Below are positions 48,785 to 59,300 of a DNA stretch of 64,000 bases, one piece after another; positions within the stretch are counted from its first letter, which is position 1, and each line of letters begins with the position of its first letter. The notes under the pieces are model-generated. The model had not been told where the DNA came from and made no database searches. It saw only the letters and a program-made list of their open reading frames with translations. The translations under genes and the position numbers were made by a program. The DNA comes from Amoebophrya sp. A120 (lineage: Eukaryota; Protista; Dinoflagellata), in the NCBI GenBank assembly GCA_905178155.1, contig CAJINV010000005.1, forward strand, positions 4,713,394 to 4,777,393. Reading direction: 5' to 3'.

Positions 48785-49846
48785 GCACTGCAACTTCAGG
48801 TGATCACTAGTATATGATCCAGCATCCGATCTACTCCTGCAACATTCATAGGACGATATGATCATCTAGTGCTCAGTGAGCGCAGTTTTGGATCGCTGTA
48901 CAGAACGCAGCTTTGGACACGATATGCTGTAGATATGAACATCCAGCATCTTTTTGTTTCGCTCCTTGACACCAGTAACCAAATTGCACCGACCTGCTCG
49001 TCACTCGTGGCTAGGAATAGGGACGCGGCCGCGCAAAAGACACCAGATATCGCAATCGCTCGCCTTTGGGCTACAAAAAAATTGGCTGCGACCAGCTATG
49101 TTGCAAATTTTCCTTTCACTCGTCCACTCGAGACACTCCAAATGCTTGCAACAATAAGTGGATCCGCAGTCTCCCTTCGAGGTCGTACCAGAAAGTCCTA
49201 AAAACGAAGCAGAGCACAATCAATGTAGGTGAAGCAACAGCTTTCTTGCAGTGGAAACGTTCACGTTCCCAGATTGCCACGCGATTGTTGCACTCTTGAT
49301 GTGCTGCCCCAGCCGACTGGGTTAGCCCCAGCCGACTTGGCGTTCATTCCCGTTCATACACCGGCGTCAAATCAATCGATCTAAGTCTCGGCTTCGGTGG
49401 TTATCAATCTGATCTTTCTTACAGGTTTTGGCTTTCATCAATTTTCCAAACCCAATCGGATGTAGCAGTTCAGGCGAAAGAGTTAGTTATATATATATTT
49501 TCAGTTCAATCAAGTGTAAAACGCGTAACCAGGTTCAGGTACTCTCCTTACTACTTTCATTTTTCAGTTGAGTTTTCATTCATTAATTTTGTTCTATAGC
49601 ATTTCGGATCATTGCCATCCGATCGTACAGCATTCAATTCTCCGCCCACTCGCAGTGCGATCTTGGACGCACAGCTCCGTTCGTTCTTGTACGTCCGCTC
49701 TTGTTCCTTCAGACCACATCCACAGTATGACTAAACAGTTGTTCTTGTTTACTATTCTTCCGTTGAAGTAAATAAATGATCTGCAGTTCACCATTTCCTC
49801 GAGAGTGGTTTGGGTAGCCGTCGTGAAGACCGTCGTCGCGCCCGTA

Positions 49847-51053
49847 CTAAACGGCTCTGCGCCCGTCGTCGTGACGGTGGAATTCCCTCTTCATCAACTG
49901 TTCAATCCAAAACCCGGAGCGCTGGATGTTCAGCTTTTTTTCCAGCTTTTTTCCGATCTGCAGGTAGGATTCCGACGGTCTAGCCAGGATGAACACCTCG
50001 GGATCCGCCAATCCCGCCATGTCGAAAAGGAAAGTCTGGAACTCCGTCCCGTGCATGTCGCGTAATTCCCGGTACTGCTCCGCGACGGCCTGCTTTTGCT
50101 CTACTTATCATATGAAAAACTGTCCAACCAGCAGATTTTTACCGGAAGTGTCTTGCTCCTGTTATTTCATTCTTCCGTGCGACCACGCAGACACTATCAC
50201 TTATTGTTTTAGTTTTTTCCTTTGCTTCATAGAAAATCAAGAACATCAAGACCACTGCACCTTATGTCTTCTGCTGCATTGCGACAGGTGGCACATGCCA
50301 TACAGCGGGGCAAGCATTCCATGCACCGGTGGTCAGGTACGTCTCCACCACACGCGCCCCGCGATGGAAGTCGTCAGCGAGTTTCTTCAGAAAGTCCAGC
50401 TGCAGTGCGTGCGTATAGCGGTGCTGCGCCGTCTTCTCCCACGTCGCGTATCCAATCTCCTCCACATTGACATGGCATATAGCACAGAAAGACACTAGCA
50501 CAGTAGCGTTGTACTTCATTGATTTATTCACGGTTTCTTTCGATTCCGCGTGTAATAAGCACCAGTGGTTCACTGCGGAAGAGGCTCAACAGCGCAGAAC
50601 CCTCCTTCTGGATTTTTGCATGAGTTTTTTCTGTGTTGATAAAGCGCATGACATTGATTGTTTTTCTGTCTACCACCTGATAAAAAATCAATAAAAACGC
50701 AGTGCTAGAAAGATTTATTTCTGTGCCAACATAGCGTCCATGCGGTAGAGATATGCGCGGAAGGTCTTGCGCAGCGACTCGACCTCCGCGAGGGTATCGT
50801 CCAAGGCCTTGATCAACACCCTGGTCTCGGACAAAGCAGCGGCCGCATCGATCTTGTTTTCTTCTCGCAAGGAGACGCTAAGGCTGTCGAGCCACGCTCG
50901 AGAGGCCTCCGAAAACCACTTGTTCGTCAGGGTCATAAGTCGCTCCCGGAAGAGACCGCCAGTCGTCGAGTCGACGACAAGGGGCGGCGGTTCGGCAACA
51001 CCGGTATTGTTCGCATTTGCTCGCGCAAACATGTTTTTTCCTTTGTGCACCAT
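49847..51053 (-). CDS. Possible gene(s) of unknown function; three short protein-like ORFs (51053-50715, 50573-50262, about 50100-49847), exon structure unresolved
   Basis: Co-oriented ORFs with plausible amino-acid composition; no motif recognised and no junction confirmed. Confidence 0.3.
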
Positions 51054-51599
51054 CCCGACGAATGAAGTGCACTGCTTGGCGAAATTGACAAGACGAAAAC
51101 CTATGAAGAGCCACCAGCTGCTTGTGCTTGGAAGAACGTTTTTTCGCGTTTGTTACCGCTAGGCGATTTTTGTTTCTCGGCTCTGAAACTTCTCGAAGTT
51201 GCTTTGTTGCCATAGGAACGGTCAAGTGAAAGGGACTCGTCCGAGAAGATGACAACTTTACTTTGGCAATTCCCGTTGTTTGATCACCATTCAAAATCGA
51301 GAACCGACTCATCGAAAAGAACTAACGAACCCGCAATCCTACGTATTTTTATTTTCGACGACAAAACTTCCGAAATTTTCTCTCCTTGCGTTTATTTCTG
51401 TCTTTTGTCGCCGAGCTAGTAAGCATTGTGGTACTCTCCATCTCCGAACAAAACTGAGAAGGCAACAAAACTGAGAAGAGTCAATTATATTCATTTCAGA
51501 ACAAGTTCAATTGTAAAACGCGTAACCAGGTCCTTATTACTTTCATTTTTGTTATTCAGTTCTTGAGTATCATTTTTTTTAGCATGCGAGAGCGTTCAA

Positions 51600-53147
51600 T
51601 CAGGCTGCGTCGTGCAGCAAACTATTCCGCGCGGGGGTGGGAATCTCCTCCAGCATGACCTCCATCTCCCAGGCGAAAACAGCTTCGTCATCTTCTCCAT
51701 CCCCGTCCTCGTCAAGGCCAGCTTCTATCGGCATGTTCTCCAGGATTCGACGTTGTTGCAGTCGGCGTTTCCACAATGTTCGGGGGCAAAGAAAGCTCTG
51801 CGACAGCCAGTCCTCGGAGACAACGTTAAGGTCGACAAGAAGGAGAAGCCCGACGTCGTACGCAGTCACCAGCCTGCCGACGATGAAAAAGCCGTACTGC
51901 TGGAAATCCTTGGCGAGACCGAGACACACTGCAATCCAAATACTAAGGGGAAAAATGGCGATGCGCAAGTCGAATGCTGTTTGTTCTGCTTCTGCATCGG
52001 GAAAAAAGATCCATGTGATACTGTAGAGGGAAGACCAATATGACGCATACATCTCCACCGAAGCATTGGGGTAGAGCAGAAACAAGACGACAGACAGGTC
52101 GTCGAACGCGAGGCGCCCAGCAGCGGTGCACAGGAACGTTTTTCCGAAGCGACTGGTTGGTATGTGATGAAGGGTGAGGGGGAGAATGCAAATCCCCAAA
52201 ATCAAGTCAACAAGAGGAAGATGATGTCGTGATGGGCCACAACTAGAGGAAGGCCGCGGACGCAACAGGCATACCGGCAACGACTTGTCGCTTCGGCTCG
52301 TCGGCGGCGGAAACCCCCACATCGCCGTGTAGGCCACGTCATGCACTTTGCGATACGCCTCCACCAGCTCGCCCACAAAGGGATTGAAAAACACGTTGTT
52401 CTGGAGGTAGTGCACGGGATCCCTCCATCGGTCATAAACCTCTGTTACTACCCAACCCCGCTCGGAACCGTACAGGGCGAAAGAGGGCCACGCGCCAAAT
52501 ATCTGCTCCCGGATCACCATTTCGTGCACCAAGTACAGGCCCGCTACCATGCAAGCGAACTTTTTGGCGGCTCGTGGAGCAGCTCGGTGAAATGAGGGGT
52601 ACAGTACGAAGAAGATGAAGCAAACCGTTGCAAATACCGCACAGTTGAACAGTCTAAACTTCCACCATTCGTCTCCGGCGAAGTGCTTGTCAACGATTCT
52701 TGCTGCATGCATGTGGGACCGAGCGATGAGCTGCTGCTTTCTCCAGCACGTCTGGGTCTTGTCTTCGAGCTCAGCTTTGTAAATCTCAGACAGGTGCTCG
52801 ACTGCTACGAAATACAGCGGGTTTTGGAGGCGGTCGTACTCTTCAGCTGCTCCATCGTTGAGTTGTAACTCCTCCACATTCCCTGTGAGTAGCAACCTAA
52901 ATTTTTCGAGCTTCTTGTTCTTCGTCCCAAACACGATGGCATAGTCTTTGCTCAAAAGGTGATGCTCGATCGCAACGGCAAGGGACAGCACCCGATGCTC
53001 CACACGAACAGGCGCGGAGTCTTCTCGGACGAGGAAGAAAGGATCGCGGTAGTGGTGTTCTAGGTACAGATCGCTCCGGTCCGGGACTATGGTGGAGTCG
53101 CAGGTTTGGCGGTGCAACAACACCAGCAATCGCAGTGGGTTCACCAT
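51600..53147 (-). CDS. Intronless multi-pass membrane protein, paralog 1 (515 aa)
   Basis: Long ORF with several hydrophobic segments; shares NPLRLLVL.HRQTCDS, LYGSERGWVV, NNVFFNPFVGEL and FDDLSVV with the ORF at 54323. Confidence 0.75.
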   Translation of the reverse strand: MVNPLRLLVLLHRQTCDSTIVPDRSDLYLEHHYRDPFFLVREDSAPVRVEHRVLSLAVAIEHHLLSKDYAIVFGTKNKKLEKFRLLLTGNVEELQLNDGAAEEYDRLQNPLYFVAVEHLSEIYKAELEDKTQTCWRKQQLIARSHMHAARIVDKHFAGDEWWKFRLFNCAVFATVCFIFFVLYPSFHRAAPRAAKKFACMVAGLYLVHEMVIREQIFGAWPSFALYGSERGWVVTEVYDRWRDPVHYLQNNVFFNPFVGELVEAYRKVHDVAYTAMWGFPPPTSRSDKSLPVCLLRPRPSSSCGPSRHHLPLVDLILGICILPLTLHHIPTSRFGKTFLCTAAGRLAFDDLSVVLFLLYPNASVEMYASYWSSLYSITWIFFPDAEAEQTAFDLRIAIFPLSIWIAVCLGLAKDFQQYGFFIVGRLVTAYDVGLLLLVDLNVVSEDWLSQSFLCPRTLWKRRLQQRRILENMPIEAGLDEDGDGEDDEAVFAWEMEVMLEEIPTPARNSLLHDAA

Positions 53148-54322
53148 GGATGTTCGGTCGCGCCGTCGAGAAGGTGTTGTCGCGTTTTGCTCACGTTGGT
53201 AGTGTTGGCGTGCTCAGACCGGTCGTCAGGGAAAACATGAATTAATACCATTAGAACATCTATGGACTTCGAATATGCGTCTGTGGCTGTGCCAATCGAT
53301 CAGAAACACAAAGAGACGGCACTGCGCTGCGTCTGCGTGAGAATCTACCTAGCTTCAATACACAGGATTGCTACTACAATTCTAAAACATATTTGCATTT
53401 TTTATCCGCTACCGCGCACGTGCAGCTGCAGGCAAAACATTTCTGCAGAAAGTGCTTTTTCGCGATATGTGTGCAGCTTCCGGCGCTGAGACGCCTTGCA
53501 GCTGTAGTTTCCGGGGAGAAACAGATGAAACTGTGTCTTGCGATTTGCGAGAAACAGAAAGTCTTGCCTGTTCCAATTTGCTCTCGATACAATTCTCGTC
53601 TCGATCTCGACTGACGACTACGACGCTCTCCTCATCTCAATATACGAAAATCGGAGCATCGCTGAAAACTGTAGCGTTGCTGCTCTCCTACGATGAAGAC
53701 AAAAAAATCAAGCTGACCTTTTCCATTTCCTTCCATATCCATTTGCAAGCGGAAGAATAACTCTTCTCACTTCTCGCTTCAACCTTCTGTACTCGATGTC
53801 AGGGAAAAAAAAAACCTTTTCCTGCCTTTGTGTTTTCTCCCTTTGTTTTGTCGCTGACTTGTGTTCTCAGCCTTGGAACAAAACCCAGAAGGAAATAAAG
53901 CAACGAACTGAAGGGCCCGTCACCCAGCGGCCTCAGAAAGAGTGGTCATTTCATCCGGATTTGTGTATCTCCATCAAATTTCTATTAGACCTTGAACTTC
54001 TGGTATCGACTCCATCAAAACTTCCACAAAATCGATTTTACATCCAGTCAGTAAATCTGACGTCTGAGCGGTCCATCTTTCACTGGCACTCGTTGATGAT
54101 GATTAGTTCACGGGCATTCGTTCAGAAAAGCAAAACTACGTAGAAACAAATAGAGTTGTCGAGGAGGCGGGTATAGAGTATCGAACAAGTGATTCATTCC
54201 AGGGGCAAACGCAACAACTAGTTGCTTCCAGAAGTGAAGCCCTCTCAAAAACGCAAAATTTAGTGTGGTCAGCGAACGTAGTGCTGCGAGCACTCCACCT
54301 ACTTACGTACTAAACACGACGC

Positions 54323-55732
54323 TCATCGTCGGGCAGCCTGCTGAACGGTATTCCGTGCGGCGGTGGGAATTTCGTCCAACTCCCAGGCGAACAATTCGTC
54401 TTCTACCCCATCTTCGGCTCGCATCTGATCTATCATTCCGAATATGCGGTCAAGTTGAACATTCTCATAACGCCGAAGGAGAGGTCCGATGTCGTACAGG
54501 GTCATGATCCTGCCGAAGAAGAAACAGCAAAAGAACAGGTCATCAGCATCTCCGGCTCCGCGAACAAAGCCGTGCATTGCCCAGCAGAAAAAGCAGAGGC
54601 TTGTCGCAGTGAAAATCCCAACGAAAAGAAAATCGAAGTAGTGATATAAAGAATCTTGACGCCGGCGCCGTCCGCATAGCATCTCGTTCGCGCAGTCGAA
54701 GGCAATGACCCAATACGCCCTGTAAATCTCCACCATTGCGTTGGGGTAGAGCAGAAAGAAGACGACAGAAAGGTCGTCGAACGCGATGCGCCCCGCCGCG
54801 GTGCACGACAGAATGCTGGCTTTGCCGGAACACTCGGCTGGGAGGTGGTGGAGAATGAGCGGCAGGAAGAAAATCCATAAAATCCAGTCGAAAAGACAAC
54901 AAGACCACCTGAAGGAAGTAGATCGCCACGGATGCAAGAGGCTTTCCGGCAGTGACATGTCGCTCCGGGTCGGCGGCGGCGGGATTCCCCACATCGTGTA
55001 GGCCGCATCATGGGCTTCGCGATACGCCTCCTCCAACTCGCCCACAAAGGGATTGAAAAACACGTTGTTCTGGTAGTTAGCGGGCTTCCTCCATCGTTCG
55101 TACACCTCTGCTACCACCCAACCCCGCTCGGAACCGTAGAGAACGAAGGAGGGCCACGGGCCGAAAACTTGTTCTCGGATCACCAGTTCGTGCAGAAAGT
55201 ACACGGCAGCGAAAACGCACGAAATTTGTTTCGCGGGCCGCGGCTTAGCCCGGTGAAGATACGGGTACAACACGAACATGATGAAACAGACCACCGCGAG
55301 CACTGCACTGTTGAACAGTTGAAATTTCCACCGCTTTTTCATCTCGAAGTTCCTGTAAATGGCTTGTTTTGCGTGCAGGTGGGACCGAGCGATGAACTGC
55401 CGCTTCCTCCAGCACGTTCCGGTTTTGTTTTCTAAGCGGGCTTTGCGAGTCTCGGATACGTGCTCGACGTCAAAAAAGACGAAAACGCCAAGTCCACTTT
55501 TCAGCGTCCTTTTGGCTTGGCTGATTCGCGACTGGCACTGCTCCATCCCAAAGACTTCAGCACAGTCTTCGTTCAGCAACTCATGCTCCATAGCCGCGGC
55601 GAGCGAGAGTACTCGGTCTCGAGTCCCATGGACGAATTGGTACTGTTCGATCAGGTCGCTCAATTCCGGAACTAAACTTGAGTCGCAGGTTTGGCGGTGC
55701 GAGAGTACAAGCAACCGCAGGGGGTTCATCAT
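54323..55732 (-). CDS. Intronless multi-pass membrane protein, paralog 2 (469 aa)
   Basis: Collinear similarity with 51600-53147 from start to C-terminal FAWE..EIPT.ARN. Confidence 0.75.
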   Translation of the reverse strand: MMNPLRLLVLSHRQTCDSSLVPELSDLIEQYQFVHGTRDRVLSLAAAMEHELLNEDCAEVFGMEQCQSRISQAKRTLKSGLGVFVFFDVEHVSETRKARLENKTGTCWRKRQFIARSHLHAKQAIYRNFEMKKRWKFQLFNSAVLAVVCFIMFVLYPYLHRAKPRPAKQISCVFAAVYFLHELVIREQVFGPWPSFVLYGSERGWVVAEVYERWRKPANYQNNVFFNPFVGELEEAYREAHDAAYTMWGIPPPPTRSDMSLPESLLHPWRSTSFRWSCCLFDWILWIFFLPLILHHLPAECSGKASILSCTAAGRIAFDDLSVVFFLLYPNAMVEIYRAYWVIAFDCANEMLCGRRRRQDSLYHYFDFLFVGIFTATSLCFFCWAMHGFVRGAGDADDLFFCCFFFGRIMTLYDIGPLLRRYENVQLDRIFGMIDQMRAEDGVEDELFAWELDEIPTAARNTVQQAARR

Positions 55733-58700
55733 TTTGAGGCAGGAGTAGTGAACGACGTTGGGCTGCGTCGAGGAGTTTCTGTTGTGTTCGGCTCAAGTAG
55801 GTAGTTGCGTGCTCGAACCAGCTGTCAGCGGACACACCAGATCACTTTTCTTGTGGCTCTGCCAATGAATAAGAAACAGAAACAGTGACGTCGTGTGGCA
55901 ATATAGATTCAAAAAGGGTTGCTAAAGTGAACATTAATACTTACTCAATAACACATTACCCGTTTGCTTGCACATATAGCTGCGGGCAAAAATTTCTGCA
56001 AAAACTACTTCTTCGGGAATGTGTGCTGTTTGTGACGATGAGACGCCTTTTTGTACTACTTACCGCGCTGCCTTTGTTTAAAGATGCAGGATCACGATCA
56101 GTCTGCGAGAAATAGAAGCTGTGTTTTCCATTTGTCTCTCGATACCACGTTCGTCTGGATCTCGATTGACGACTACGACGCTCTCACATTTCTTAATTAC
56201 AAACGAAAATCGGAGCTCTCTGTGCCTCTGCTGCTCTCCGATGAAGACGAAGTCAAGTTCCACTTTTTCATGCATCCATTTGCAAGCGGAAAAAAAAGGA
56301 ACACCACGACACCGAACTGTCTTCGAGGACACGATCGTGCTCAGTCCAAAACGGGACTGCGGCACGCTGAGTGGCCGGAGTGGTTACGAAAATATAAGCA
56401 GGCGACATCAACGCCAAGGAAAGAGGTAGAAAAGGTGACGCGGCGCGGCCAAAAACACAACATACACTTGTGCGCGCGTATCATGGGACCGGCCATTCGC
56501 GTAATTCCCTCGGACCGCCGCGCGCGCGCGGGCAAGGTCGGGCGGCCGAAAAAAAACGAGCGCCGCCGCCGCAGCGGCGGGCGTACCGAACACAGGTCCC
56601 GGATTAATGGGCCAGCCCGAAAATGCGGACTGTGGGGCTGCTCCACGACGGGGGCAGGCGCTACCGCGCGCCCGCCTTGCGCGGGAGGGCTGGCGCGCCG
56701 CTCGGGACAGCGGCGGGGCGGGCGCAGCAAGGCCCTTCCATCCTTGCCGGCGCCCCTAGCATCGACACAGTTAGGGCCCCCAAGAACTAGCCGCCGCCGC
56801 TTGCTCTTCCATAGAAGTAACAGAAGCAACACCCTCTCTATCGTTACTTGTTGGAGCACAGAACGAACAGGGCCGACCCAGGCTCCGAGCGCAAGAGCCG
56901 CGCTACCCCGGCAATGTTTGCAACCCATACGCGGCGCCACACCGAACCGCATCGGACGGCTTTCGTGTTGGCAGCTGTGCTGGTGCTTATGCGAATGAAA
57001 TGCGCGTCCATCCGTTTCCGCTGCGCATCGGCTTCATGCATTCTTTTCTGGGAGGGGAGTTGGCCGACTCTCAGCAGCAAACGCATTCCGATTTGGCTGC
57101 GTTTGGTTCTAGTTTCTTTTCATCTTCAACATGCAAGGCGTTGAACTACGACGCTCGATGCGCATCCAGTCGAAAATGGCGGGCCCGTCACGCATTTTGA
57201 TAGCGCGCACACGAGGAACAGCAGGAGGGCCCGCTCGGGCACCGCTTGACGAGGATCTTCCACACCAGATCGGACATGCCTACGCGCCCCCGCGCCATCA
57301 TGTATATTACCCTCTGCTCAGGGGAGCCAGAGACGGAGTTTTCACTCATGATTGAGTGTGGCATCGACCGCAGTGCTCTATTCAAAAATTGCACGTATAA
57401 TTTCAACGATGTGAAGCTGCTGCAGATCTTTCTATTTCATAACAAGCCACGACTTGTCATTCCCTCGCTTGATTTCCTCTCCCACCACTACCCAGGCTTC
57501 TTTCCTCCCATCTCTGGAACCATCCTTCCGGCCCCAACTCATTCACCGACCTTCCTCGGTTTCTTCTAACCACGTTCTTCACTGATGACGCGCTGCTCTT
57601 CTTTCATCGATGACGGTGTCGTCGCTCCAGTGTTCTTGAGATAACAAATAACTTAATATCCACAACACGGCTGGTCGACTCGCCACCAAAGAGAACAGTA
57701 AAAACTGGCATCAAGCAAGCACCCTGATAATGCTCAGCTCGCGGGCACGACCACGCACGAGCCCGAGCGGGCGGCTTGGGGCCTTCATTAGTTTCTTCGA
57801 CACGCCGCTAGCGGCACAGTAGTGCGTAGTAACTAGCTCCAGCCATGTGTAGTAACCGGCTATTGCGGTAGCTGTGGCGGCCTCGAGCGCGCGGCAGCGC
57901 AGACAAAAGCGCCAGCAGGCCAGCTACACCCTGGCCGCCGCGGGTGCGCCACCTTCATCACAGCCAGACAGTGAGTCAGTGGCCCTCACATTCCTTGAAG
58001 CGCAGAGTGAGACAAGCCTGGGGGCGCAGTCGGGCGGCAGCAGAGAGCCCGGCCCCGGCCCGGCCGAAGGCGAGGCATAAGGCGCGCCACGGGCAGCACG
58101 TATCACCGTGCCACACTATAACCGGGGCCCGGGCAACAATTGCCGCCGGGTGCGCCCGGTCCCCCAACGAAGACTGGCAGCCGGCAGAACAGGCCGGGCC
58201 GGCTGACTCCGCCCGGGGAGCACAGGGCGAGCGCGCTCCCTGGCCCACGTGAGAGGACTCCGGGGCGGGCAGGCAAAACACTGCGGCGACCCCCGCAGAA
58301 CGCGAAGCATCTGGCTGCCGCCCCCACTCCCGTGCCTTGCTCTCGGCAAGCATTCGGAAGAGCATGGCGGACGCTGTGCGCTCGCGTGCTTTTTTCTGCG
58401 GGGAGGGGCTCTTGGCGCGATGCATTTTGATAATAGCCGCCCGAGGTTACGGCGTGCGCAGGGATGTAACGCCTCGGGCTTTATCGAATAAGACGCCACA
58501 TCTTGCCCTGCTTCGTCCACCTCCAAAAAACGACTACTTCTGTCGTCGTCGTGGGTGATAACGTTAACAAGAAAGAAAACTCGCACACCTGTACTATGGC
58601 CATGAGCCCCTACGAGCGCTCGGACAAGGAAGAACAAGAAAAAAAGGCCCATAACTCATCTGTTTCTCTGGGTATCAATCAACTCGCATCACTCGTAGGA

Positions 58701-59300
58701 ATTGTCCCATCAAAAAACTCCGACTCATCGTTGCTGAACTCCCGAACAGCGGGAAAAAGCCACGCGCGCGCCAGCAAACCTCGTCTGTTGCGTTTCACAA
58801 TCGTACTTCCAAATGATCGACAGGGTATTTGCAGTGTCGTGACTGTTATGTATTGATTCAGATTCTATAGAAAAACTCAGCTCGTCTTGTTGCTATTTCC
58901 AGCTCGTTCATCGATGTCACAGTCGTGGATTCATCCATTCCTTAAAAAATTTCTTTTCGAACGATCATCTTTACGCCTCATTCACATATGAAGGGATTCA
59001 ATATTCGTATTCCTGTCCTTCCTAGAAAAAAATATCGAATCTTGTCTGGGACATTTCAAAAGTGGGAAGTTTCAAAAATGCTATGTGGCCATAGATAGAA
59101 AGAATCGCGAGGGACCAACACGGCCAATTTCTGGTTTCGTTCCGTTAGGGACAGACTAGCTTCCTCGAGAAAAGATATTGAACTGCTGAAGGTGCGTCCA
59201 AAGACACCACTCCTTATTTCTCTCCCAACCGTATAATTTCTTTCCTTTACATCAGCTCCCCCGTCTTTCCGCTCCCACCACTGGCCAAACGCCTTTCTTC

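Noticed and set aside
55733-55800. Relic dinoflagellate spliced leader upstream of the intronless genes
   Set aside because: Only short or wrong-strand matches (GGCTCAAG on plus, GCCTCAAA on minus); not supportable
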